Below, piece by piece: positions 6,782 through 17,046 of a DNA stretch of 36,065 bases. Each line of letters begins with the position of its first letter. Positions within the stretch are counted from its first letter, which is position 1. The stretch is from Eubacteriales bacterium (GTDB lineage Bacteria; Bacillota; Clostridia; Oscillospirales; CAG-272): NCBI GenBank assembly GCA_045594605.1, contig JAZNYU010000152.1, forward strand, positions 1 to 36,065. Reading direction: 5' to 3'. The translations under genes and the position numbers were made by a program. The notes under the pieces are model-generated. The model ran no database searches. It was not told where the DNA came from and saw nothing but the letters and a program-made list of their open reading frames with translations.

Positions 6782-7918
6782 TTACTTACCCCCCAATACA
6801 ATAGCCATAGAGCCGTCTGCCGCATCTGTCGGTAATTCTGCAACTGTTTGCACCATATATGTTGTTGGTACATTTACTGTAACAGATACTTTATCTGTTA
6901 CATCCACTGTGGAATTTTCGGTGATTGTTAAACTTCCACTTGGTGCAACGTATTCAACCCAATATGCTCCTGCTAAAATATACATACCGACTGCGGTTGC
7001 CTCGCTTACATCTGAAATGATGCCTATTGCCCCCATTGCCGACCAAGCAGAGCCGTCATAAGTGAAAGCATCGCCTTCGTCCTCTATATAGTAGATTGCT
7101 ATAACTCCTGTGGCAAAATCGGTCTTTACTATCTCGGCAAGCCCTTCTTCCGTTGTAGGCTTTGTCTTTATCGTATAGAGTTCGGGTGTAACGCCTAAAG
7201 CAGAGTACAACTCAAGCAGAGAATATGGTGCACTACCTTCGGTTTCTACAACGATTATATCTGTGAACGCACCATCCACGTATCGATAATAACTCTCACC
7301 AACTTTATACAAAGCCGTGGTGCTGATATTCTCGGTAGGCAGTTGGTCTACTTCGATAATGTCTCCGCCACCGCCAAAGCCACCGCCTTGCCCGTACCCC
7401 TCAATAAGGGTATTGACCGCATCTGTGAGGTTGGCATCGCTCTTGCCCGTCTTGGCGTTGGATGCCGTGATAAGGCTTTGGAGTTTGGATTTTACGCTTT
7501 CTGCCGTGGGCGGTTCTCCACCCGATACCAATGTGCCATAGGTGTTGAGGAAATCTACCAACAAAGAATTTTCGACATCTGTGCCGCCTGTGATAATAAT
7601 GAATATATCAAATGGAGTTCCAAAAAATTGCTCAAGACCACCAATATTTAAGTATGGTTCGTCAAGAATAGCAGTTGCATCATATACAGAAACACAGTCA
7701 GCTTCCTCAATCAAAGTTTGTGGTTCATCATTATAAATATAAGGTTGAAAGCCAGGAGCAAACAAAGTTAAACCATAATAAGGTTCTTCCGATATAAAGC
7801 CATAAGAGTCTCCAACGATTTTAACGCCATACTCAATATTGAATTTTCCGTAACCTGCAGGAACATCTGTAAAAGATAGCCGCCAAGTTGTGCCAATAAG
7901 GTTTGTAATTTTAGCCAT
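6782..7918 (-). CDS. Tail fibre or baseplate-associated structural protein
   Basis: 378 aa. It lies between the long fibre gene and the propeller gene. It has a poly-Gly hinge (GQGGGFGGGGD). Confidence 0.5.
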   Translation of the reverse strand: MAKITNLIGTTWRLSFTDVPAGYGKFNIEYGVKIVGDSYGFISEEPYYGLTLFAPGFQPYIYNDEPQTLIEEADCVSVYDATAILDEPYLNIGGLEQFFGTPFDIFIIITGGTDVENSLLVDFLNTYGTLVSGGEPPTAESVKSKLQSLITASNAKTGKSDANLTDAVNTLIEGYGQGGGFGGGGDIIEVDQLPTENISTTALYKVGESYYRYVDGAFTDIIVVETEGSAPYSLLELYSALGVTPELYTIKTKPTTEEGLAEIVKTDFATGVIAIYYIEDEGDAFTYDGSAWSAMGAIGIISDVSEATAVGMYILAGAYWVEYVAPSGSLTITENSTVDVTDKVSVTVNVPTTYMVQTVAELPTDAADGSMAIVLGGK

Positions 7919-7936
7919 ATCTTCACGCTCCTTTCG

Positions 7937-9745
7937 TTAGTCAATATATATAACATAAGCATAACCATTCATTATAACATCTGTTCCAAACACTCTGCTA
8001 TCGAAACTATCTTGTGTGGTTATGTAACTTAGTCCGTAATGTACGCCATTCTCGTCTGCAACATATGAGGAGTAACCGACACTATACTCACTTTCTAACC
8101 ACTCACCCCACGTCATTCCTTCTTCGGCTTGATAGGTAGTGGTTGAAATGGTAAAGGAGATAAGAGTTACATTCTCCCAATGGTAATATGCTTGACCGCT
8201 GATAATAAGGTCGCTACCTTCTACAAGGTCTTGCGTGTCACCGTCTCTTGTCTCTACCATATAGGAAGTGTCTCCATAGTAAACGCCGTCAGCACCGCTT
8301 GCGTTGGTGTAACCGCCCGTATTATACGCACTCGCACACCAAGCGTTCCAAGTCATTCCATCTTCCGCTTGATATTCCGTACCCTCGATGGTGAAAGTGA
8401 TAAGAGTTGCACCCTCAATGCCACCGCCGACAAGAGTGTCAATATCCGTGATGTACGCGCCCAAGGCGGTCTCAAACTGCTCGGTTGTCACGTATCCGCT
8501 CATATCGGGTTTCGTGTTCTCAAGCGTTGTTACCTTGCCCTCAAGCGTTGTGGTTCTCGTTCCAAGCGCGGTAACAGAGGTGTTAAGTCCGTCAATCAAG
8601 CCCTTGATGACTACGCCCTGCGCCGCAGAGAGTGCCTTGTTGGCAAGGTTCGTTTCAAGGTTGTCGATGATGTCCGAATACTTGACCTTGTCAACCGTTA
8701 TCTGCTCGATGTCCTCGATGTTGTCCTCGATCAGAACAAGAAGCTCGCTCAATTGGTCGCGCGTGGTATCGTCAACATCCAAAAAGTGGTTTACTTGGTC
8801 ATATAACTGTTGCAATACAATGCGGATGTCTTGGTGCGCTTCGGGGTTGGTTGTGTGCGAATAGATGGCATCCGCAATCTTGCCGTCGACGTCAAGCCCG
8901 TTTACCGCATCGGAAACCGCTTGGATTTCCGCGATCAATGCAGGGTGTGCGTCCTCGTCTTGGTTATGTTCACCAATAGCTTTGGTGATATTGTCTGCAC
9001 TCACAACCGAGTTTTTGAGCGCATCGAGCGCGGTCTGTAAGCTTGTGACAAGGCTTTTCAATACAACACCTTGCGCTGCCGACAACGGCTTGTTTGCCAA
9101 GTTGCTTGTGAGGTTGTTGATAATATCTATTGTGTTGACTTTTTCCGCGAGAAGGTCGCCCGTAACTTTGGCATCTGCCGCGTCTCCACTCTTTGTAAGC
9201 GTGTTATCAACATAGACAACAGGACGGGCATATAACTCGTTTACGGCTCCTGCAAGGTTCTTTGCAACGGTCAAAAGCTCCGTTCCTGCTCCCGTGAACT
9301 CCAAGAGCGCGGAGATTTCCTCGGCAAGCCGCGTGACACTCGACAACGCCGCGTAGATGTTCTCCAATGCCATATCCTTGAGCAATTCCTCACTCGCAGG
9401 CAGGTCAACGGGAACACCGCGAGAAACGTTGAAAGAGCCGCTATAGGTGGATGCAATCGGCACTTCGTCACCGTCTTGCAGATAGAACTCAATCTGATAC
9501 TCGCATCTGCCAAAGGTGTTTGTAACTGCTTTGTTCAGCTTGGCTTGGTACACCACCACGCCGTCTTGAATGACGGGTGTGCACACAATGCCGGGGGGAT
9601 ACTGTTGATTGGGCGGTTTGATCTTCAGCACCGCCGTTGCCGCCATCTCAAAGGCAACAATCGTTATATCCGTTAGCGCAGAGCCAAACGGTATCGTGGA
9701 CGGTACGGAATTTACGTTGCCGCCGCTATCGCAAAAAATAATCAT
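7937..9745 (-). CDS. Tail fibre protein with coiled-coil shaft and duplicated C-terminal domain
   Basis: 602 aa. Duplicated heptad-like segments (NLTSNLANKPLSAAQGVVLKSL / NLETNLANKALSAAQGVVIKGL). Two C-terminal copies of about 75 aa (TFTIEGTEYQAEDGMTWNAW... / SFTISTTTYQAEEGMTWGEW...). Confidence 0.7.
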   Translation of the reverse strand: MIIFCDSGGNVNSVPSTIPFGSALTDITIVAFEMAATAVLKIKPPNQQYPPGIVCTPVIQDGVVVYQAKLNKAVTNTFGRCEYQIEFYLQDGDEVPIASTYSGSFNVSRGVPVDLPASEELLKDMALENIYAALSSVTRLAEEISALLEFTGAGTELLTVAKNLAGAVNELYARPVVYVDNTLTKSGDAADAKVTGDLLAEKVNTIDIINNLTSNLANKPLSAAQGVVLKSLVTSLQTALDALKNSVVSADNITKAIGEHNQDEDAHPALIAEIQAVSDAVNGLDVDGKIADAIYSHTTNPEAHQDIRIVLQQLYDQVNHFLDVDDTTRDQLSELLVLIEDNIEDIEQITVDKVKYSDIIDNLETNLANKALSAAQGVVIKGLIDGLNTSVTALGTRTTTLEGKVTTLENTKPDMSGYVTTEQFETALGAYITDIDTLVGGGIEGATLITFTIEGTEYQAEDGMTWNAWCASAYNTGGYTNASGADGVYYGDTSYMVETRDGDTQDLVEGSDLIISGQAYYHWENVTLISFTISTTTYQAEEGMTWGEWLESEYSVGYSSYVADENGVHYGLSYITTQDSFDSRVFGTDVIMNGYAYVIYID

Positions 9746-9751
9746 TTTCGC

Positions 9752-12508
9752 TTACCTCTTTCTTTTGAAATTAAAGTGTATTACTTGGTCTGCATTCTCG
9801 GTGTTCTTGCCGAGGATGCACGCGCCATCAGGTCGCTTGATTACAAAGGCTTTATAAGGCGTTGTGGGCACGTTCTCAATCACGATGGAATAACCGTCCA
9901 CCCTCAACGTAGAAACGTTTACGGGGGCTGTATGCGCCTCTCCCGTAAGCTCGTCAACCTCTGTGTCATAGAAGTAAACCATCGGTGCTTGGTCATAGGT
10001 GTCCGCGCTTCTTACATATGGCATCATTTTTGCCAATTCGCTACCGATGATGTATCCATCATTCGATACAAAATGGAGCTGATAAGCAACGTTTCCAATG
10101 TCCGCGCCGTCCTTGTTCCAAAGCAGATACCCTGTGTAGGATGTGGAAACATAATCGCCCGTTGGCATCTCGTTGATGATCGGCAGTCTGTGCGCCGCAT
10201 CTATGCCGCCGTTGGCAAAGGACGGTACAAGCGCAAAGTCAAGGTATTTTGCTCTTGAATAAAACGGCGTGCCGTATTCCACAAACTCTGTACCTCTCGC
10301 GGCATCCATACCAACATCTGCGGAGCTTGCGCCTGCGGCAAAGTTGTCGGCAAAGGAAAAGCCAAAGTAAACCGATGTGCCAAGGGACGTGGAGTAGACG
10401 GGAAGTGCGATATTCTCGCGGATGACCTTCTCATTTTCGTCATAAGTGACGATCCAAGCCGATGTGATGTCCTCTACGTTGGGAGCGGCAGTAAACGCAT
10501 TCATCGTTCGCTCTCGCATCTGCGGTCTGCAAAGGGCTTTTTCATCGTTGCCCTCGTACTTGCCTATCACGCAAAACTCCTCTAGCAAGGTGCATCTGTC
10601 CTGCCCTTGGGGGATTTCGTATTGGCGAATACCCGTTTTCATCTGCACGAACGCACCGAGAGCATTGTAATTCTCTGCAAGGTCAATCTGCGACAAGCAG
10701 TAATCGGGGAATACCTTTGTGGTTACAAGGGAAATGAACTTCTTTCGGTCATACATCTGCCCACCCTTGGGGATATCCTCAAGGCTTGGGAAGATATAGA
10801 GCTTCGACTCGGTAGCATTGCCAAGCATAGCCACCTTGCCCCGTAGGTTCTCTCCAAACGCCTTTGCGCTTAATTGGTTTGCACTTTGGTTGTGCGCCAA
10901 TACAATGCGCTCAACGGTGCTTTCCGTTCGCTCTTGGCGCGCTCTGCCGTTGATGATGGGAATATAGGTCACTTGGAAAGAAAGGTTTTTGTAAGTGTAG
11001 TCTTGGTTATCCAATCCGCCAAAGAAATTGATAACATTCGTGATGGCGTATCTTTGGAATTGGTTCATAAAGGCTAATGCGCTATCCTGTGCGCGATACC
11101 ACAAGCCATCGATGTTCTTTTGCCCCGTGGTGTAGTACAATGCGTGTGTCTTGCTAAAGGGATAAATGCCCGTGAAGCTCGACAATAGGTCATACTCGTT
11201 CTTTTCAAACACAGCAGGAGTGATGTCTACGGTGTTAGTCACGTTCCCCTCGTCATCGTGGATACGCACCAAAACTTGCTTGACCTTCGTTCCGATGGGG
11301 AAATTGGTCGGGATATAACTATCCTCGGGCTTGATGCGGTAACTGTTCGACCGCAAGCTGATAAATCCGTCCGTGTAAGGGTCTGTCGCACTTCCTTCCG
11401 CTTCATCCGAGGAGTTGATAAGGTTTGCAAAGTTTGCCTCAACCGCAGATGCGTATTCTGCCGCGTTGTAGTCGGCATTCTCGCCGTACATCTTGCCTTT
11501 GGATAGGTCCGCTCTCTCGGCAGAGCCAAGCTCTTGCCAATACACTTGCCCGTTCTTTACTTTCGGCAAGGCGTGGATATAATCGCCAATCTCTTTGAGG
11601 TTTTCATACAGACTGCGACCATTTGCAAAGTACATTTCTGGCGCGTCCATGACCTTGTAACGCGCTTCTTGCTCTTCCGTGAGCAAAAGGCTATACCGAG
11701 GCGCTTCGCCCTTAAAAATGGGTTCTGCGGTCTCTAACGTGATTTGCATTACGTCATACACGGAATACACCAAGGGTTTTTCCGGCTCGATGTAAACGGA
11801 GATTGGAATTGCAATGGAGCCGTTTGCCGTTCCGCCTGTTCCCGATGGGAAAATGTAATTATATCTAATCGTGTAAATGCCCGATTTTTCAGCGGTGAAA
11901 ACGTCCGCATCGTCAAGTCCAATGGTTTTCTCATAAACCGATGAATATTTATCTCCAAAGAGAGCAATTTCGCTTTTGCTATATAAAACCTCCACGGTTT
12001 CTACAACAAAATCACCCGATAGACCGAACAAATTAAGGACGTTTCTTGGCGTTTGGATATCAATATTACTCAAACTTTCACCCATTACGGGCGTTTTGTA
12101 AAGGTCTGTTACCCTTGTATCGGATACTCCGCTACCTGCAACAAAAAACACATCAGCATTCTGCGGTTCTCCAATCTCTTGCTTTAGCGGTTGCGTAAAG
12201 CTCTTGCCTTCCATCAGTATTCTTTCTGTGGCTTTCGTCTCGTCTATCAACGTGATTTCGTGATGCCACAGAGAACGCCCAAACACCGCCGTTACGCGGT
12301 CATCGGCTATCAAATAGGTGTATTTACCACCGCATAGGGAAACGGGCATAAAGGGCGCAAATTTGCCGTCTGTCGGTAGGTTGCGCAGGGTGACAATAGC
12401 ACTGTCTAACTGCTCGGTTCCTGTGTCTTGAAATACAAAAGGGAGCGCGAGGTATTTGGAATAGTCTACGCCACCGATAACGATGCTGATGCGGTTTCTA
12501 TTCTTCAT
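9752..12508 (-). CDS. Large tail structural protein (distal tail or tail-associated)
   Basis: 918 aa and the largest virion gene. It lies upstream of the fibres and overlaps the previous gene by 4 nt. No tape-measure-like coiled-coil or Gly-rich character. Confidence 0.55.
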   Translation of the reverse strand: MKNRNRISIVIGGVDYSKYLALPFVFQDTGTEQLDSAIVTLRNLPTDGKFAPFMPVSLCGGKYTYLIADDRVTAVFGRSLWHHEITLIDETKATERILMEGKSFTQPLKQEIGEPQNADVFFVAGSGVSDTRVTDLYKTPVMGESLSNIDIQTPRNVLNLFGLSGDFVVETVEVLYSKSEIALFGDKYSSVYEKTIGLDDADVFTAEKSGIYTIRYNYIFPSGTGGTANGSIAIPISVYIEPEKPLVYSVYDVMQITLETAEPIFKGEAPRYSLLLTEEQEARYKVMDAPEMYFANGRSLYENLKEIGDYIHALPKVKNGQVYWQELGSAERADLSKGKMYGENADYNAAEYASAVEANFANLINSSDEAEGSATDPYTDGFISLRSNSYRIKPEDSYIPTNFPIGTKVKQVLVRIHDDEGNVTNTVDITPAVFEKNEYDLLSSFTGIYPFSKTHALYYTTGQKNIDGLWYRAQDSALAFMNQFQRYAITNVINFFGGLDNQDYTYKNLSFQVTYIPIINGRARQERTESTVERIVLAHNQSANQLSAKAFGENLRGKVAMLGNATESKLYIFPSLEDIPKGGQMYDRKKFISLVTTKVFPDYCLSQIDLAENYNALGAFVQMKTGIRQYEIPQGQDRCTLLEEFCVIGKYEGNDEKALCRPQMRERTMNAFTAAPNVEDITSAWIVTYDENEKVIRENIALPVYSTSLGTSVYFGFSFADNFAAGASSADVGMDAARGTEFVEYGTPFYSRAKYLDFALVPSFANGGIDAAHRLPIINEMPTGDYVSTSYTGYLLWNKDGADIGNVAYQLHFVSNDGYIIGSELAKMMPYVRSADTYDQAPMVYFYDTEVDELTGEAHTAPVNVSTLRVDGYSIVIENVPTTPYKAFVIKRPDGACILGKNTENADQVIHFNFKRKR

Positions 12509-13002
12509 ACAACTCCACCCCCTCTTGATTTGTTTGTGACCATTCCTGCACGGCTCTTTGCCAATGCAAGGTTTTCGCTTTCTATGATTTTTTGGTTGTT
12601 GATATTTACTTGGTTTATGATGGATTGAATGGCGGTCTGCAATAACTGCATACCTGCCATCGCTGCAGCCGCACCAACTCCACCAGTGGCACCGGCAATA
12701 ATAAGTCCTCCGGCATTTGAAGCGACCGAGGCAAACGCCTGCTGTTTTCTCTGTAATTCAGCCGAACCTGTCCGCATCTCCACCGTGGAAACGCCAAGGC
12801 TTATGGCTTGGTCAATATACGGCTTTATTGCGCCAACCGCTACGATGGACGATACAAGCCTGTTTGGGCTTTCTGCCGTTGCTTTCTTCTTGGTTATCGG
12901 TGTCGCAGCATTGCCCTCACCGTTTACATTCGGCTCTGTAGCAATGGGGGAGTTGCCCCCATTCGTCTCATTGCGAATGACAATCTGGTATAACTCTGCC
13001 AT
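12505..13002 (-). CDS. Small Gly/Ala-rich structural protein (short tape-measure-like or internal protein?)
   Basis: I chose the ATG at 13002 (MAELYQ...) because GAGGTG lies 7 nt upstream. It has a hydrophobic G/A stretch IIAGATGGVGAAAAMAGMQLL. Confidence 0.45.
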   Translation of the reverse strand: MAELYQIVIRNETNGGNSPIATEPNVNGEGNAATPITKKKATAESPNRLVSSIVAVGAIKPYIDQAISLGVSTVEMRTGSAELQRKQQAFASVASNAGGLIIAGATGGVGAAAAMAGMQLLQTAIQSIINQVNINNQKIIESENLALAKSRAGMVTNKSRGGGVV

Positions 13003-13010
13003 ATCGCACC

Positions 13011-14339
13011 TCAATCCCACACAGAGGTGTAAATGAAATCTTTTGCCCAGGGTAAGATGTCCAATATCACATCAACGAGGCTTTGCACCTTTTGACCGTT
13101 CAAGATGTAATACTTGCTGTCAATCTCTTTGTCAATGTAGTAGGTGGACTGTCCTCTCTTGAACATCAAGCGCGCGCCTGATGCTTCAAGGCTTGCCATC
13201 TTTTCGGGCGTCGTGCTATCATAAGGGTTCTGCACCAACACATCATGCGGAATTTCCGAGACCTCCATCTTTTGGACGGTCGAAGGAAAACGGAAATACC
13301 ACGGCTTGCCGAAGTAGTCCACGCCTTTTTCCAAAGGCAGATAGTAGAACAACGGCTTTTTGTAGACGATAATCTCATGCTCTCCATCTTCCTCGTAAAC
13401 GTGATACGGCATATCTCCGTTCTCGCAGTACTCGGAAGAGCCATCGCCCCAAAAGATAACAAAGGCATCGGCATTAGTCCTGTTCTCAAGGATAACGCTT
13501 GCAAACTTGCCCGTTGCCGTCTCCTTCTCCCACATTCCATTATACTTGGCTGCTGTGGGATCTAACTCGGTCATTGATACATTCATACCGATGTTTTGAG
13601 GCGGTTGCACATTCGAAGAAACGTGTGTGAACTGCATTATGTGGCAATGCTTTACGCCTGCAATATCCAACACCACGCAATGCGCCTCGTTGCCCGTTGC
13701 GCAGTCAATAACATCTCGTACAAGAGATCCTGCATCGTCTTTCATGTAAGGGATAACAAAGTCGATGCCGTATGCCTCTGCCTCTGATGCCGTCAGCATT
13801 ACGCCCGTATCAGATGCGATATTCGATGTGGTGTGTATCTTGTTCTCCACCAAGGAGAGGAAGGGGATTTGCAAGCCGTCAATGTATAGAAACGTATCAT
13901 AAGCAGATACGCCACTTTCGATGATAATATAAGAAATTTGTTGCCTGATCTCGAACACTTCACCGTGTCCAATATTGGCATCAAGAATGCGGTTGCCTAT
14001 TCCGCAAGTTTGGCAGTTGTAGGAAACGGAATACACAGTGCCGTCAACGGTAATCTCTCTGCTTGTGCCGTTCATCGCAGATGCTACCGCGTTCATTGTG
14101 TCGCGCGTGGTCTCCCACACCTCGGGGTGAGATACTACGGTAATGTCAACAGATGCGATACCGCAAAAGGGCTTTCGTACCGCAGTTAACGGCATCGGGT
14201 TTGCGTGCCATATTCCGCAGATAGGCTTTTGCACCTTGTTGACCTCTCGATAGAAGTCTTGAAGCTCGCCCTCTTCGTTGAACATCTCAATGCCCGTGAG
14301 CTCTGCATATTCATCTTTCAAAATATCGAAGTTGATCAT
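13011..14339 (-). CDS. Virion structural protein (tail tube position), family not recognised
   Basis: 442 aa. It follows the gp10-like gene, where a major tail protein would sit. Confidence 0.45.
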   Translation of the reverse strand: MINFDILKDEYAELTGIEMFNEEGELQDFYREVNKVQKPICGIWHANPMPLTAVRKPFCGIASVDITVVSHPEVWETTRDTMNAVASAMNGTSREITVDGTVYSVSYNCQTCGIGNRILDANIGHGEVFEIRQQISYIIIESGVSAYDTFLYIDGLQIPFLSLVENKIHTTSNIASDTGVMLTASEAEAYGIDFVIPYMKDDAGSLVRDVIDCATGNEAHCVVLDIAGVKHCHIMQFTHVSSNVQPPQNIGMNVSMTELDPTAAKYNGMWEKETATGKFASVILENRTNADAFVIFWGDGSSEYCENGDMPYHVYEEDGEHEIIVYKKPLFYYLPLEKGVDYFGKPWYFRFPSTVQKMEVSEIPHDVLVQNPYDSTTPEKMASLEASGARLMFKRGQSTYYIDKEIDSKYYILNGQKVQSLVDVILDILPWAKDFIYTSVWD

Positions 14340-14650
14340 TTGATAATCTCTCCGTCAATCTTTCTTGCGAGGTTTTCAATCGCCACCTCTACTGCGTGTT
14401 GAAAATACCCGTAGTTTCTGTTCTGTTTCGTATAGGTCCCGAATTTGCCCTTTACTTGGTATGTAGGGCGGTTGTTGACATAAGGGAAATAGGGTGCAAT
14501 GTTCTCGTCTACATAGATACGGATCTCGTTTCCTACCAAATCGCTTATCTTTGTCGCCTTATCTGCAAGGTTACCCGTGTCCCAAGGTGTCATACCCTTT
14601 ATATCGTGGAGCATAGAGGAGCATACAACGGTGAATTGTTGGTCTGTCAT
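14336..14650 (-). CDS. HK97 gp10-like tail completion or head-tail joining protein
   Basis: 104 aa. The motif TPWDTGNLADKATK resembles the gp10-family P.DTG.L signature. The position also fits. Confidence 0.45.
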   Translation of the reverse strand: MTDQQFTVVCSSMLHDIKGMTPWDTGNLADKATKISDLVGNEIRIYVDENIAPYFPYVNNRPTYQVKGKFGTYTKQNRNYGYFQHAVEVAIENLARKIDGEIIK

Positions 14651-15015
14651 ATTTCTAAACCAAGCGCGTTTGATACTCTGTTCAAGAGCAAGGTCTGCAC
14701 TCTCGCAGGGCGTTTGATAACGCGCGATGTTTGAGGGTTCGCCAGCGTAGAGCCGACGTCCATAATGCGGTAAAGGGTATCTCCCAAAAGGACATAGCCC
14801 TCAACCTTGAAATCGATTTTGTAAGTGGTTACAATGGTCTTTTGCGTGGAGAGGTTGGCAAGGTTCATCACAACGTCTTGCATCCTCGCGTTTTTCGTCT
14901 CCTCGCGGTACTTGAACCGCTCTCCCGTCTCTTTCAACGGGAGAGTAGGATACTCCTTGAAATACAAGCCCGTGGAATACTCTGCTTGGCGGTTGTCTAC
15001 AATTCCAAACATCAA
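14647..15015 (-). CDS. Head-tail connector or head closure protein, putative
   Basis: 122 aa. 4-nt overlaps on both sides. Called by position within the connector block. Confidence 0.4.
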   Translation of the reverse strand: MMFGIVDNRQAEYSTGLYFKEYPTLPLKETGERFKYREETKNARMQDVVMNLANLSTQKTIVTTYKIDFKVEGYVLLGDTLYRIMDVGSTLANPQTSRVIKRPARVQTLLLNRVSNALGLEI

Positions 15016-15500
15016 TATCCCTCCCCTTGATAGTTGGGTATGATCTCGCGCTCATAGAGGGGGACAAAAGCCCTCACAATACCTGCATCAATGAGAATGT
15101 CCTTTGCCAAGGGCGCAACCTCTGCAGAGCGTTTTCTGCGCTCCTCTACGGTCATTCCCGTGTCTACGTTCACACCCGACAATGCGCTTAAGTCTCCATT
15201 GTTCAAAACATAGAAAACTTGCTCTTTCATTGCATCGTAAAGGTAAGGTCTTATATTGGGGTTCAGAGCAAGCTCCCGTTCCGTCCGAAAGCGGAACGGG
15301 TTTACTCTGTAGATCCACGCATAAATCTGCATAGAAACGCGGTCAAGGAACTTTTCAGCCGCGCTTGCTACGTCTGCAACATCGGAGGTATTGAGCACCG
15401 CTCCAAGGTCAATGTTCATATCCTCCAACACGCACTCTTGTGTAAGCACATATCTGTGCGCTCTTTCGTTGTAGGTCATTTGGTTATCGGAATACGGCAT
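15012..15500 (-). CDS. Head-tail adaptor or DNA-packaging connector protein, putative
   Basis: 162 aa and helical. It is the first gene after the major capsid gene. Confidence 0.45.
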   Translation of the reverse strand: MPYSDNQMTYNERAHRYVLTQECVLEDMNIDLGAVLNTSDVADVASAAEKFLDRVSMQIYAWIYRVNPFRFRTERELALNPNIRPYLYDAMKEQVFYVLNNGDLSALSGVNVDTGMTVEERRKRSAEVAPLAKDILIDAGIVRAFVPLYEREIIPNYQGEGY

Positions 15501-15525
15501 CTCAATACCTCCTTTGTTTTAGTGA

Positions 15526-16404
15526 TTAGGCGTGCTTGCGAACTCTTACCATTTCGGAGTTGGTAACTCTGAAGCCGGTGTTGACTTCGGCTTGTGCCAG
15601 GCTGCCGATGAAGTCCGGAACATTGTCAAGAATTCTCATTGCGTTAAGGTTGTCCACGCAAGAGAAGCACTCGTTGTACAGCATGATGAAGTCGATGTTG
15701 GCAAGGTCTGCGGTCGCAACGGTCTTTTTCGTTCCGCTGTAATCGTAGTAGGTGATATCCTTGGAGGATGCGAGTTGGTTGCACTCTGCAATTACAAAGC
15801 CATACCACTTGCCAACGTTGCCGGTGTTTTGTACTTGGCTGTTGAAGTCGGTAACAAACTCCTTACCTGCGGTGGTAAGGATAGCCGCGTAAACATCGGG
15901 GGAAACGAGAATAACGTTTGCCTTGCCCTTCGCTTTCGAAAGAGCGGTTCTTTCCTTCAAGATCATCTCTTTTACGTTATCAGCGGTGATGGCGGCAGTT
16001 TCGTTGCTTGTGGTGCCTTCGGTGATAAGGCAAGCAAGCGCGGAATACTCGCGACCTTCGCGGATCTCTTGAACTACGGTAGAGAAGTTCTCGTTTGCAA
16101 GAGGAGCTGTAACTGCTGCGGCTTGTACACCGTAAATCTTACGGGATTTTTGGTAGTTGTTGTTCAGCATGATTTGGATCAGCTCGTCCTGGGTTTCCTC
16201 GTGGGTGAAATCGCGGCCAGGCTTGCCAGGATCAACCGCTGCTACATTCTTCAGCTTATGTACGTAAATGCCGCCTGCAGGGCCTTCTTGGTATTTGTTG
16301 GTGTATGTCACACCGGGGATAAGCCACGCTTGGGTGAAGAGATTGGGCTCAAAGATGGAAGCATATCTCTCGTCAACGTGTTGGTTATTGTACTTAATGG
16401 GCAT
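15526..16404 (-). CDS. Major capsid protein (HK97-fold type, about 290 aa class)
   Basis: 292 aa. It follows the scaffold gene directly, has a strong RBS, and has the size and composition typical of small Firmicutes-phage major capsid proteins. Confidence 0.75.
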   Translation of the reverse strand: MPIKYNNQHVDERYASIFEPNLFTQAWLIPGVTYTNKYQEGPAGGIYVHKLKNVAAVDPGKPGRDFTHEETQDELIQIMLNNNYQKSRKIYGVQAAAVTAPLANENFSTVVQEIREGREYSALACLITEGTTSNETAAITADNVKEMILKERTALSKAKGKANVILVSPDVYAAILTTAGKEFVTDFNSQVQNTGNVGKWYGFVIAECNQLASSKDITYYDYSGTKKTVATADLANIDFIMLYNECFSCVDNLNAMRILDNVPDFIGSLAQAEVNTGFRVTNSEMVRVRKHA

Positions 16405-16421
16405 AGTCTAAATCTCCTTTG

Positions 16422-16952
16422 TTATTGTTTTTTGTAGAAGGGATTTCCAGAGTAGACACTATCCAAATACGCCTCTGTATCTGTAGGTGTCTTTACGTCG
16501 GGATTGATGGGTGTCATATTGACGGTGACTTTCCCTTCAAACAGTTCTTTCTCTTTACCGTCAATAATCGATGTGAAGATGTCAGCATCTGTCTTTTCGG
16601 CGTTCTCCTCTTTTGCGATAGCGGCGTTAAACGCGTTATAAAGCCCCTCTCGCGTGTAATCGTTCTTGGGCTTGTTCTCACCCAATACTACAGAGAAACG
16701 CTCTTGACGTGCTTTCTCCGCCTTCTCCTCTGTGAGCGCGTTGCGTTCCGCGAGGATCGTTTCGTAATCCTTGTATCTTTCCGTCAGCTCTGTATGCTCT
16801 TGCTCTTTTTGGGAAAGGGTGTCCTCAAGGGTTTTGATGCGAGCATTGGTCGCGTTAAGCTCCGCACCTCGCATATTGAGGATTTGGTTGATCTTGGCAT
16901 CGTTGTCGAGCTCGGTGTTTTCAAGGATTTTCAGTACATCTTCTCTTTTCAT
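16422..16952 (-). CDS. Capsid scaffolding protein
   Basis: 176 aa, acidic, with long coiled-coil helices. It lies immediately upstream of the capsid gene. Confidence 0.7.
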   Translation of the reverse strand: MKREDVLKILENTELDNDAKINQILNMRGAELNATNARIKTLEDTLSQKEQEHTELTERYKDYETILAERNALTEEKAEKARQERFSVVLGENKPKNDYTREGLYNAFNAAIAKEENAEKTDADIFTSIIDGKEKELFEGKVTVNMTPINPDVKTPTDTEAYLDSVYSGNPFYKKQ

Positions 16953-17046
16953 AATGGTCTCCTTTGCTATGCTTTTTCACGGTGGTTGCTTCACCTTGCA
17001 TTGATAGGTTTTACGTCATTCCGGACTAAATTTTTATAAGAAAGGG

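Noticed and set aside
5948-9745. Diversity-generating retroelement acting on the fibre genes.
   Set aside because: There is no reverse transcriptase anywhere in the window. There is also no template/variable repeat pair with adenine-specific differences. The repeats are ordinary in-frame domain duplications.
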